Source of the DNA: Nitrosopumilus sp.
GTDB lineage: Archaea > Thermoproteota > Nitrososphaeria > Nitrososphaerales > Nitrosopumilaceae
NCBI GenBank assembly: GCA_965214775.1
Contig: OZ243974.1
Location: forward strand, 1,248,001 to 1,312,000
Direction of reading: 5' to 3'
DNA: 64,000 bases
Shown here: in pieces, positions 1 through 9,600 of the stretch
How the letters are laid out: each line of letters begins with the position of its first letter
How positions within the stretch are numbered: the stretch's first letter is position 1
The notes under the pieces: model-generated
Databases searched by the model: none
The model's input: the letters and a program-made list of their open reading frames with translations, nothing else
Told to the model about the DNA's origin: nothing
Translations under genes and position numbers: made by a program

Positions 1-367
1 AAAAGCGTAGAGGACGTCATAGCTCAGATACCAGAAGAGTACCGCATGCGGTGGGGAATCGAGACCGGGTTCAGGGTGATCAAGGGAGTAATGGGCAAGA
101 CATGCAGTAATTCGCCGGTCGTCAGGATGTTGTTATTCTACATGCCCCTCATACTGTACAATCTCTGGAGGACTGCCATATTCATTGATGTGGAATCCAA
201 GTGGGACGGATTTGCGGGAGGCAAGGATTTTACCATGATGTTGTTTGCCGCGTGCATTACAGATGCAGCTGACTCGTTTGTAAACGATCGCGGAAAGTAG
301 TAGTAGTAGCGGCGGCAGTGGTGCCGTGTCAGGAGGCAGTCTGCAAAAGTACACCTAGGAACTACTG
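1..367 (+). mobile_element. 3' end of an ISH3/IS4-like IS (transposase C-terminus to 300, terminal inverted repeat ending at 367)
   Basis: YRMRWGIETGFRVIK (YREK-type) motif. The end ...acacctaggaactactg resembles the cagtacttcctaggtgt terminus at 58516. Confidence 0.7.
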
Positions 368-462
368 ACGTGCATGCTGAGGTGAAGGGCAAGGGCCAAG
401 TCCATAGCAGGCAGAGTCATGAATCTGGTCAGTTTAGGGATGTGGCCTCACACAGCTTCCAA

Positions 463-604
463 CAGTAGTTGAAAATATGTCACTGTTACTTGTGGCCGCC
501 GTCTCGTGGGATCTTGGCATGCAGAATCCCATGCGTGTAGAACTGCGAATGGGCAAAGGCACAATCTCAGAGTTGGGATTCAGAACGTACATTTTCAACT
601 ACTG
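463..604. mobile_element. ISH3-type MITE
   Basis: TIR cagtagttgaaaat/attttcaactactg, 5-bp TSD tccaa, inverted homolog at 57823-57964. Confidence 0.8.
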
Positions 605-633
605 TCCAATCATCAAACTATTTACGTATCCAT

Positions 634-1533
634 TTGCCACAAAAAAACATCGTGAGACTGGCCTGTATTCCCGCATATAACGAAGAGTCAAGGATCGCAT
701 CTGTGATAAGAACTACAAAAGACTATGTTGATCAGGTCGTCGTATGCGATGACGGCTCTACGGATGATACGAAAAAAGCCGCCGAGGCTGCCGGCGCACT
801 GGTAATACCTCATGCCAAAAACCGGGGCTATGGTGCGGCAGTCATCTCGCTGTTTGACTATGCGCGAGCAAATAATGCAGAATCCATCGTTACGATTGAC
901 GGCGACGGCCAGCACGATGCGCACCAAATCCCAAAACTGCTCTCCGTGCTGATGCAGCACAACGTCGATGTGGTAATTGGCTCCAGGCTGCTTGATGATG
1001 ACGGCAGCCAAGGCTTGCCAAAATATCGCAAACATGGAATCAAAATCATCACGTCTGCGGCCAACTATGGCACCGATCTAAAGATTACTGACTCCCAGTC
1101 CGGATTCAGGGCCTACTCGAAAAACGCAATCAACGCAATACATCCCACCGAGGAGGGAATGTCCGTATCCACTGAAATCCTGCTCAAATGCTCAAACAAA
1201 GGACTCTCACTTGCAGAGGTTCCGATAAGCGTATCTTATGACGGCAAAACGTCAAAACACAATCCCGCCTCTCACGGCGTATATGTGCTTGCAAACACAA
1301 TCAAGTACACGTCAATTCGCCACCCGCTTCCGTTTTATGGGATAACTGGAATAACATTCATGATTGCAGGGATTGTCATGGGGGCAGTATTCCTGGATGC
1401 GTACATAACCGAGAATACGATATTCTATGGATCACTGCTTGCCTCCGTAATACTGTTCTTGCTGGGAACAATCCTGATTGTGACCTCGATAATTCTGTTT
1501 TCCATGGCCACCCTGATGCGAGACAGCCGCTGA
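634..1533 (+). CDS. Glycosyltransferase family 2 (DPM1-like) with C-terminal TM helices
   Basis: IPAYNEE, VCDDGSTD, IDGDGQH and DSQSGFRAY motifs. Confidence 0.9.
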   Translation: MPQKNIVRLACIPAYNEESRIASVIRTTKDYVDQVVVCDDGSTDDTKKAAEAAGALVIPHAKNRGYGAAVISLFDYARANNAESIVTIDGDGQHDAHQIPKLLSVLMQHNVDVVIGSRLLDDDGSQGLPKYRKHGIKIITSAANYGTDLKITDSQSGFRAYSKNAINAIHPTEEGMSVSTEILLKCSNKGLSLAEVPISVSYDGKTSKHNPASHGVYVLANTIKYTSIRHPLPFYGITGITFMIAGIVMGAVFLDAYITENTIFYGSLLASVILFLLGTILIVTSIILFSMATLMRDSR

Positions 1534-1670
1534 GGGGTGATCCGAAGTTAGAATCTGTAAACCATTGCTAGGGTTTTTCTGTACGTTTGCCAAGTAACTT
1601 ACATATAGCTTGCCATTTGCAGGCATCATTTTAACCGATTTGACGCTGTGTTATATGGAAATAATGTCCG

Positions 1671-2618
1671 CTATTCATTGATGTCCCTCTCCATCCATTT
1701 TGGGTCGGATTTCCTGATCGCTTCTGTGGCAGTTTTGTCCGAGAACGCCATGATGGGTGTCTGGCGGTGGGCTATGTCCAGCCCAAAGTGTAGCCTGCGC
1801 TCGTTGTAATACTTGATGTATGCATCCAAGCTCTCATAGTGGCGGATCTCAGCCTCTATGCTGCCGTGGAACCGTTCCAACTTGCCGTTGGTCTCCGGAT
1901 GGTACGGCCTGGAGTTTATCAGCCCGATGCCCCGATCCAGCAGCTCGGCCTCAAAGGCAGTCGGCGTCCACGTCCCGCGTGGCATGTTCTTCTTGCTGCG
2001 GCCGCCGTTGAAGCACCTGCCGTTGTCAGACAGTATGGTGGCCGGCTTGCCAAACCTGCCTATGGCCTCCCTGAGTGTTATCACCACGTTTTCTGATGTG
2101 GCATCTGCAAACGTCCGTGCCGCCGTGACACACCGGGAGGAATCGTCCAAAAACGTGACTAATTTGAGCCCTCTCAGGCGTGGATCCTTCATTTCGTGCC
2201 AGTCCACGTGCCACATTGCGTTGGAGTACTTGCGCTCATAGCGCAGCCATTTCTTTTGGCCCGACTTGGTATCTGATGCGGCAACGAGTCCCTGCTCCTT
2301 CATTATCCGATATACGCTGTTGTAGCTTATAATGTGACCTGCATCCTGCAGGCGCATGGCAGTGCGCATCACGCCCACGTGCTCTATACAGTGCATGTCC
2401 AAGACTGCCTGCACCTGGCCTGCCGCGGGCTGCGGTGCGGCCTTTCTTCCAGCCTTTTGTTGCACATGCATCTTTCCGGTCCGGCGGTACCTGGCGTAAA
2501 TCCTCCTCACGTGCCGTGGCGTCACCTTCATGTCACGGGCCAGCGACGTGGCGCTCTTTCCGGCATTACGTCCCTTGACGATATACCTGATCTCTTTGTC
2601 CGACATCTTTCTTGTCAT
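1671..2618 (-). CDS. IS481-family transposase (HTH + rve integrase core)
   Basis: WHVDW, LDDSSR, ILSDNG and PYHPETNGKLERFH motifs. The start MTRKMSD is preferred because the upstream ORF extension lies inside the IS5. Confidence 0.88.
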   Translation of the reverse strand: MTRKMSDKEIRYIVKGRNAGKSATSLARDMKVTPRHVRRIYARYRRTGKMHVQQKAGRKAAPQPAAGQVQAVLDMHCIEHVGVMRTAMRLQDAGHIISYNSVYRIMKEQGLVAASDTKSGQKKWLRYERKYSNAMWHVDWHEMKDPRLRGLKLVTFLDDSSRCVTAARTFADATSENVVITLREAIGRFGKPATILSDNGRCFNGGRSKKNMPRGTWTPTAFEAELLDRGIGLINSRPYHPETNGKLERFHGSIEAEIRHYESLDAYIKYYNERRLHFGLDIAHRQTPIMAFSDKTATEAIRKSDPKWMERDINE

Positions 2619-2706
2619 GTCTTTATCTGATCGGGGCGTTGTCCGGAATTTTTCCAGAAATCTACCGATAAGCTTATAGATCATAAGCGCAGGATGCGAC
2701 AACCTT

Positions 2707-3774
2707 ATGGATCATAGGATCGACGTCCCCGTATCAATGAAATCAAAGACCAACAAGAAGGAATCCAAGAAGGAATCCAAGAAGGAATCCAAGAAGGAAT
2801 CCAAGAAGGAATCCAAGAAGGAATCCAAGAAGGAATCCAAGAAGGAATCCAAGAAGGAATCCAGCAAGACCAGCAAGAAAAAAAAGTCAGAGTACACGAG
2901 ACCTCCGGAATACTATGCCGAGTACGAGGAAAAAAGGAGAGAGGACAGCAAGAGGTGCGGCATCGGAATCAAAAAGATCCGCAAGATCCTCCTGTCCCTC
3001 CTCCATAACACAGAGCAAGAGGATGAAATTCCCTATCTTCTGTGCGTACTCGACATGGAGTACCGCGGAAACTCGTATCGCAGACACGTCGAATACATGG
3101 AGTCGAATCCTGGTTCAACTAACATGTACGGGCTCAAAAAGGTTCCGGCCAAGTCGACACTGCATGATGCAGCCGTAAGGATAGCTGCCTGGGACAAGTC
3201 GGTGCTAAGATCGGTACTCTCAGAACAGGCAGGCGCAGACGCCAGGGGAACGTTGCTTGGCGACTCTAGCGGTTTCTCCATAATGAGATACCACACATGG
3301 GAGGACGCAAAGAAGGGCGTCATATCCAGGCAGATGTTTGCCAAGCTGCACATACTGTTGGCCCCGCACGGCAAGATTGCCGCCTGCGAGGTGACGCCGG
3401 GCGAATTCCATGATTCCCCGGTGTTCCGTAACGAGCTGCTACCGCAGGTTCCCAACGGCACAGGACACGTGATCCTGGATGCCGCATACGACTCGTATGA
3501 GAACTGCAGGGTCATAGCCGACGGAGGCAGAACCCCAGTGATATGTCCGCGTACAGGATATACGGTTCACGGGTTCAACGCCCGCTCCAAGATGCTAAGA
3601 TGGCACAAAAAGGACCCCGAGGGATTCGAGAAGACGTACCACCAGCGCAGCCTCGTTGAGTCGGCCTTCTCGTCGATAAAGGCAAGGTTTGACTCCACGG
3701 TGCGCGCCATGTCGCTTCCGATGCAGTCGCTCAGGCTTACCCTCAAGGTATTCTGCTACAATCTGGTCAGCTAG
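2707..3774 (+). CDS. IS5-family DDE transposase with a (KKES)9 N-terminal tract
   Basis: GDSSGF, KLH, LDAAYDS and YHQRSLVESAFSSIK motifs. Confidence 0.9.
   Translation: MDHRIDVPVSMKSKTNKKESKKESKKESKKESKKESKKESKKESKKESKKESSKTSKKKKSEYTRPPEYYAEYEEKRREDSKRCGIGIKKIRKILLSLLHNTEQEDEIPYLLCVLDMEYRGNSYRRHVEYMESNPGSTNMYGLKKVPAKSTLHDAAVRIAAWDKSVLRSVLSEQAGADARGTLLGDSSGFSIMRYHTWEDAKKGVISRQMFAKLHILLAPHGKIAACEVTPGEFHDSPVFRNELLPQVPNGTGHVILDAAYDSYENCRVIADGGRTPVICPRTGYTVHGFNARSKMLRWHKKDPEGFEKTYHQRSLVESAFSSIKARFDSTVRAMSLPMQSLRLTLKVFCYNLVS
2755..2862 (+). repeat. 12-bp tandem repeat (aagaaggaatcc) x9
   Basis: Read directly from the sequence. Confidence 0.95.
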
Positions 3775-4184
3775 GATCCATAATGCCGGTACGGTGGAAT
3801 CGTCCGGCTAGCGGATGCTATGCAGTATGACGTCAAAACACGGGCCATAACTACACAATGCGGGCCGGAGTGCGGATTCGTCTCTATGTTTGCAGTCATT
3901 GCGCCATGATTTTGTACAAATCTCCCCGGAAATCACGTCCTAAAATCACGATTCCGGACAACGCCTCTGATCGGTACAGCCTGAAATAGTCAGCGATCGT
4001 ACGCCTTATCTTAGGCGGACCTAATTTCTGTATAAGACATAACCGATTTGACGCAAATTCGCTTATACATGATCCGAACCTGCCGATTTCGAATTACCTC
4101 TCTGCGTGCCTTCTGACGCTGAAGAGCCTATACTGATGATCATTGAAAATTTCGCCTGATTACACGTCTTGTGAAGGTTTATAG

Positions 4185-4378
4185 ACGCTATATGAAATCT
4201 TATCCGTATCCTGTGATATACTATTACCGTTGGGCCTGAGAGTCGATGTGATCTTACCATGTACAAGGGTGTCTTATAGACTGACTCGTAACAGCAGGCG
4301 GAAAGCAATATACCGCGCAGACGGTGAATGGGAGATTCCGCCCGGATCAGGCATTTTGATCAAAAAGGAGGTGATAAC
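4185..4378 (+). ncRNA. IS110 left non-coding end, putative bridge RNA
   Basis: About 190 nt of non-coding DNA before the IS110 recombinase. Homologous to 21404-21707. Internal ttatagac matches the element's own junction. Confidence 0.6.
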
Positions 4379-4750
4379 ATGATCAACGTAGGAATAGACG
4401 TACACAAAAAGACATGCGTTGCAGCAGTAAAGGACGACTCTGGCAAGCTGCTTGAGCGATCCAAGTTTGAGAACAGCGTTTTGGCAACAACGAATTTTGC
4501 AACATATATCAAGGAACAATACCGCGGACAGCTGCCAATAAAGGCAGTATGCGAGTCCACTGCCAACTACTGGATTATCGTACATGACACACTTGAGGAC
4601 TGCGGGATAGACACCGTGCTGGTGCATCCGGCAAAGGCCAGGGTGATAGCGCACGCCAAGATAAAGGACGACCGCGTGGATGCAAATATACTTGTCGACC
4701 TACTCAGAGCAGACATGCTGCCAGAGTCGTTTGTGCCTGACAAGCACTAC
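4379..4750 (+). pseudogene. IS110-family recombinase, N-terminal DEDD domain, truncated by a MITE
   Basis: VGIDVHKK, VCEST and KIKDDRVDA motifs, preceded by RBS aggaggtga. Confidence 0.88.
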
Positions 4751-4763
4751 AGAGAGTTGATTC

Positions 4764-6869
4764 GTACAACTTCAGGTCCTTTTTATACTGACTAGGGAAC
4801 TTTTTGCCCGGAACTTTTTGATCCTTCCGCATCTGCTGTGACAGACCCGCTACATCATCACCACACGTCCCTTGTATATGCAAGACCGGCAGCGCGCAGA
4901 CAGCAGATTATTGGCAGACGGCACCTGCAGGAAACCAGCATTGTCAGATTTGCCAGGCGTTGTTGACTGGCAGACTTGCCTACACGGCCGGATTCTTTGA
5001 CATGAAGCTACGGGTTACGCCGTCCCGTAGGCGCCAGACGGATCATGTTGTTGTAGGAGCTGCTACTGGTACGACGGCCATCCGGTTCCGGCGTACCGCT
5101 CCTCCTTCACTGCCTGCGTCATCATCGACTACAGGCGGCCACACCGGCGGCGGCCCGGGACACTCAAAGACGCTGTATTTTGTACCGTCCGTATTGACAA
5201 GCGAGGACAGCAGGCGCGCATTATCATCATCATCTCTTGCTTCTGCAAAGACATCCCAGCCCGGATTCCGCAGGTATTTCAAGAGTCCGCCGGCAGGATG
5301 TATATTCTGCTTGCGACATGTCATCGAAAATGTCAGCAGCGCAGAAGCCGTCTTTCTTCCCCCGTCAGTTACAATCTTGTGACGTGCATTGCGTTGTGGT
5401 ATGATCCCGTCGCGTATGCACCGCTCCGTATCGTTGTTGTGCAGCGGCATTCCCCGATGCGCCAGACACGTAAACATGTTATGTATGGCGTTTAGCAGGT
5501 GTGTACGCACGTGAACGTCCTCATACGGGTTGATTATTTTGTATACTTCCCTGGAAAGCTCCATGCATGTAAGCGGCGCAAGCGTCTTGATTTTATCTAT
5601 CTTCCTGTAGAATTCCAGCAGCAAGTCATACCTTTTCTCGTTATCGCCTTCGGGCATCTTTACTGCAAGCTTTTCTGCATACGCCAGAAGGTGCCTCCAA
5701 CACCTCTGGATTGTCACAAAGAACAGCTTGTACTGGGCCAGTCCGTCTACGACTATGGGAGTCTTGGGATCCAGCCATCCAAAGTGCGTGTGCAGTACCT
5801 CAGAGGACCGGGAATCTGCAAATACCACAAAGCACGCCCCCTCGCAGTTGAGCACCCAGACGTATCCCATGTGTCCGTCGCCGCGCTTAAATCCGGTCTC
5901 GTCCATCTGTATCCACGGCCTGCCCGCAATGAATGACTGTATGCGTTGTATCATGTTTTGTTGAATCGCCTCTGCCACTGCGTGCCGGGCGGCAGTCACG
6001 GTATTTGGGGCCATCTTGAATCCAAACATATACTGAAAGTACTCTGCAATGTCCTCGTCTGTGTTTCCCTTCTCAAAGAACATCATGATTAGAGAGAGTG
6101 AGACGGGCCCAAGTGACGTGCCGCTTAGAAACGGGGTAGCTGCGACATGCACGGTATTGCACTGTGGACACACCGCGTTTTGGATGATGGCATTGGCAGT
6201 GAGCATGCGCATGGAGTCATCTAGGTCGTTTACAAGCTTGTGGATCGGCTTGAGCATCCGTAACTGGATGTTGCACTTTGGGCATATTTTGGAGCCAAGA
6301 TCGTACCTTAATGTCATTGATGGTCGGTTGCCGTGCGATGTACCATGGTGTCTGCACGGAGGGCCGCGTTTCTTGCCCCGAGCAGCATCGCCGGGACTGC
6401 CGCCGGGATCCTCGCCCCTTTTCTCCCTGAACTTTCTTCTGGCATCATTGTATAATGACGGCGTGGACGTGGGCATGTTGGGACTCTCGTACAGGGCAAG
6501 CCTTGCCTGAAGCTTAGAGTTCTCCTTCTTGACATCAGCATTCTCCTTCTTGACAATAGAGAGTTCTTTTTCCAGCCCGGAGATCTTCTCATCCTGCTCC
6601 ATGATCATGACAAGTGCCTTTCCAGGATCCGTACAGTGTGCAAGCACGGCTTTGGAGTCCATATGTTACATCAGACAGGCAAGATCAAAAAAGATTTCCA
6701 TCGAAATTCTTTGACCAAGATGCCGATATTATGTCACTCCCGTAAATTCCAAACCTGCAATATCTGATCACAAATGTCTGATGTTCAGCCATGTTCGCAG
6801 GGGCATCTGATCATAAGATGCTGCCCAAAAATGTTTGACTGTCAGTATAAAAAGGACCTGAAGTTGTAC
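4764..6869 (-). mobile_element. IS66-family element
   Basis: Long TIR gtacaacttcaggtcctttttatactgac, 8-bp TSD gttgattc. Confidence 0.9.
5043..6662 (-). CDS. IS66-family transposase (TnpC-like)
   Basis: Coiled coil, zinc finger, and MDETG, GYVWV, QRCWRHL, NNDTER motifs. Confidence 0.9.
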   Translation of the reverse strand: MDSKAVLAHCTDPGKALVMIMEQDEKISGLEKELSIVKKENADVKKENSKLQARLALYESPNMPTSTPSLYNDARRKFREKRGEDPGGSPGDAARGKKRGPPCRHHGTSHGNRPSMTLRYDLGSKICPKCNIQLRMLKPIHKLVNDLDDSMRMLTANAIIQNAVCPQCNTVHVAATPFLSGTSLGPVSLSLIMMFFEKGNTDEDIAEYFQYMFGFKMAPNTVTAARHAVAEAIQQNMIQRIQSFIAGRPWIQMDETGFKRGDGHMGYVWVLNCEGACFVVFADSRSSEVLHTHFGWLDPKTPIVVDGLAQYKLFFVTIQRCWRHLLAYAEKLAVKMPEGDNEKRYDLLLEFYRKIDKIKTLAPLTCMELSREVYKIINPYEDVHVRTHLLNAIHNMFTCLAHRGMPLHNNDTERCIRDGIIPQRNARHKIVTDGGRKTASALLTFSMTCRKQNIHPAGGLLKYLRNPGWDVFAEARDDDDNARLLSSLVNTDGTKYSVFECPGPPPVWPPVVDDDAGSEGGAVRRNRMAVVPVAAPTTT

Positions 6870-6974
6870 GTTGATTCGAAATTAGCAAACTCTGATTATC
6901 TGTGAACGAATCTGCATAAATCAGCTCAAGACACCAACAAAATACAGATTATCTGTGAAATTATTCGAAAAATT

Positions 6975-7067
6975 GTACGAGGTCACCTACCCCCATCAGT
7001 CAGGCACAAATTAGCATGAATGATTGTAATCTTCGTGCCTAGCTAGCAAGGGGACGTGACCACATAC
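6975..7067. mobile_element. MITE family D (93 bp, GTA termini)
   Basis: Matches 18095-18187 and is related to 21600-21692. TSDs of 8-9 bp. Confidence 0.85.
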
Positions 7068-7104
7068 GAAAAATTTGTTTGGTTTCTAATTTCGGATCAT
7101 CTCT

Positions 7105-7808
7105 CAGGCTGCATGTCACATACAGCGTGGGAAGCATCAGAAGAATCCTGCGCACGATGGGATTCTCGCTAAAGACGTCAACCACCAAGCTGGCAGATGC
7201 TGCCGACGCAAAGTCGGTAAGACAGCGGCAGAGGGATGCAAGAACCGAGATTGCGCTTGCAAAAAGGCGCGGATTCAGGATAACCGTACAGGACGAGTCG
7301 ATATTCGTCAGTACGGGAAGGGACGGCAGAAAGTTCTGGTCGCCAGTGGGGGACAGGATCGAGGTGCAACGATCCGGCAGGAGGGAACGCGTCGTGGTAT
7401 ACGGAACGGTTGCAGACGACGGAACCAGGCTGATGCGCACATACGACAAGTTCAACAGCATAAACTTTGTGCGTTATCTCAAGCAGGCGCACAGAAAGTG
7501 GGGAAGGGTTCTGATTGTGATGGACAACGCATCACAGCACAAGACCGGAAGGGTCCGCAGGTACCTGAGGAAAAATCCCGACGTTGTCCTGCTGTACCTG
7601 CCGGTAGCCAGGCCGGAGCTGAGCGCCATAGAGCCAATCTGGAAGGATGCCAAGTACAGGCTGGTCACATCTGCCTTTTACGATACGGCAGATCACCTCA
7701 AAAGAGCCGTCTCAGAATACTTTAGGACGTGTTCCATCAAGGTTGACATCTACAAATATCTTGAGCGCCGCGTGTAATCAGGCGAAATTTTCAATGATCG
7801 TCAGTATA
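7105..7808 (+). pseudogene. IS630-family transposase, 5'-truncated, with right end
   Basis: QDES, MDNASQH and PELSAIEPIW motifs. The right end recurs inverted at about 4130-4166. Confidence 0.85.
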
Positions 7809-7810
7809 GT

Positions 7811-7902
7811 CGCAAGAGTTTACCCTTCAGGCGACACTACTGACTGGAGTCCTCATGATCACGCCTGCCACGCCGTATCTCAGGTGAGAGGTAAACTTGT
7901 AC
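7811..7902. mobile_element. MITE family F
   Basis: Ends gcaagagtttacc and ggtaaacttgtac. Inverted homolog at 49235-49324. Confidence 0.7.
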
Positions 7903-7904
7903 GC

Positions 7905-9053
7905 CTAGTCGGCGCCATGCGTGCGCGAAAGCACGTACGGCCGCTCGTTTGGCTCTAGCGACAGCATGACCTTTTCCGTATCAAAAACAAACTCGCCCAG
8001 ATATGTGCCGTCCTGGTAGACCGTAAACGGCACGCCCTTCCAGTCTGTGGGCTGGTCAAACGACACGGTCAGGGGCTGGTCAAACACCGCGTTGTCCAGC
8101 CCGTCTGAGACGGTAATCTTGATGCGCTCGATTCGCGGCGGCGGGTGATCCGCTGCCACCTCGACGACCACCTGCGCGTTTGCCCTTTCCCTGGCATACA
8201 GCGTTATTTCGTTCATTGGGGACACCCAAAAGTCGCGGCCTGCAATGGATTCCACGTCCTTTCGGAACTCGCCCATGTCGTACCACCCGTACCCCTCCGG
8301 CAGTCCTATGTTGTGGTATGTCAGTATGATCCACGAGGTTCGCCTTAGCGCCTCATCAAGAACCGGCTCCAGATCGCCGTTGTCGTTTATGCATGACTCG
8401 CACGGTTCATAATCCTCCGACTTGAAATGTATGCTCTGCATGGGCAGTGCCTGCAGGGCAAACCAGTTGTCCGGCTCTGCCCTGTCATCTGCAATGTTGT
8501 GGAACCTGTCCGGATTGGTTGTCTGCAGCCTGCCGCTGAGAAATCCCGCATCCTCCAGGGCCTGCTGTGTCTCCCCCTCAGATCCGGCGTTTCGCGGATA
8601 GCCGTAGGCGACCGGCTTTAACCCCATCCATACCATGGCATCAAAGCATGCCTGAAACGACTCTAGTGCCTCCCCGTATGACATTATGTCGTGGTTGACA
8701 TGGTTGTGGCCGTGGCCGAAATAGCCAGAACCGCCGGGAATCAGATCCGTCAGCAGGTAGATCAGATCGACATCATGTGGATTGCTGTAGACGGGAACGC
8801 CATGATAGCTGTTCCCGGTCACCATCTCGTATCCGATGGTCACGCCGTGCTCATCGGCGTGGCTGGCTGCCTCCGGGATGTCTAGGGGGCGGCCGTCATA
8901 CGTGATTGATACTGCAGCAGTATGGTTGTCAAACCACTTTGTGACTCGTGCCTCTGACGGCAGGTCTCCGTCTGTAACCACGTGCCACTGCATCCTCTCT
9001 GCCGTGGCCTCTTTCACGCATGCCGGGCTCCAGTCCCCTCGGATCACCGGCAC
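7905..9053 (-). CDS. Polysaccharide deacetylase-like protein (N-terminus possibly disrupted)
   Basis: VSITYD, HGHNH, YGYP, ILTYH and DFWV motifs of the NodB fold. Confidence 0.65.
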   Translation of the reverse strand: MPVIRGDWSPACVKEATAERMQWHVVTDGDLPSEARVTKWFDNHTAAVSITYDGRPLDIPEAASHADEHGVTIGYEMVTGNSYHGVPVYSNPHDVDLIYLLTDLIPGGSGYFGHGHNHVNHDIMSYGEALESFQACFDAMVWMGLKPVAYGYPRNAGSEGETQQALEDAGFLSGRLQTTNPDRFHNIADDRAEPDNWFALQALPMQSIHFKSEDYEPCESCINDNGDLEPVLDEALRRTSWIILTYHNIGLPEGYGWYDMGEFRKDVESIAGRDFWVSPMNEITLYARERANAQVVVEVAADHPPPRIERIKITVSDGLDNAVFDQPLTVSFDQPTDWKGVPFTVYQDGTYLGEFVFDTEKVMLSLEPNERPYVLSRTHGAD

Positions 9054-9600
9054 CAGACCGCCTGTGCACCGTACATCCCCTAGTGCTGCTCCAGACTCTA
9101 TCTGTTGCCTGATGCTAGAGGGAGGAGGGGGGGGGAAGTGGAAGAGAGAGGGTGTGTGTCTGCCCAGCCGTATAACGGTACCATGGCGAGGAGGGGGAGA
9201 AGGAGGAGGAGGAGGACACCGGCAAGCAGCAGGAACGGCACATGTGGCTGGGACGTGGTGTGACAGAGAGCCATCTTGCCGTCAAACCGCCATGGGGGAT
9301 TCATCGTACTCACTTTCTGCACCTGTGGGATCCAAAAAATAGTTCGCCCCCCTTATTTGACATCATACTCCTCTCCTGTCTGCCCGTCAATAACGGTTTC
9401 CCCCTCCTTGGGCATCTTTCTGACAAATGCCTGCGCGGGCGTCTCCTGGTTTCCCCGGTTCGGCGACGTGCGGGCCTGCAGACTTGCTAGTCTACATTGT
9501 TTCGAATCTGGAGCCGTCTTGTGGGGAACTTCCGGGAAGGCTGCAGGCACGAAATTTATAATAAATTAATATTCATCAATTTTCAGGTATAGGCATCAGA

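Larger units (their letters stand above)
2635..3965 (+). mobile_element. IS5-family element, full length (copy 1)
   Basis: TIR ggcgttgtccggaat, 9-bp TSD tctgatcgg. Confidence 0.9.
1647..4039 (-). mobile_element. IS481-family element with a 15-bp target duplication
   Basis: TGT...ACA termini. taaccgatttgacgc occurs at 1632-1646 and 4040-4054. Confidence 0.85.
1533..4103. mobile_element. ISL2-type MITE (family A2) split by IS481 and nested IS5
   Basis: Segments 1533-1646 and 4055-4103 join into a homolog of the intact MITE at 18676-18838. Confidence 0.7.
4751..7104. mobile_element. MITE family A interrupted by IS66 and by MITE D
   Basis: Ends agagttgattcgaaattag and ctaatttcggatcatctct. Homologous to 52731-52868. 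Confidence 0.75.
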
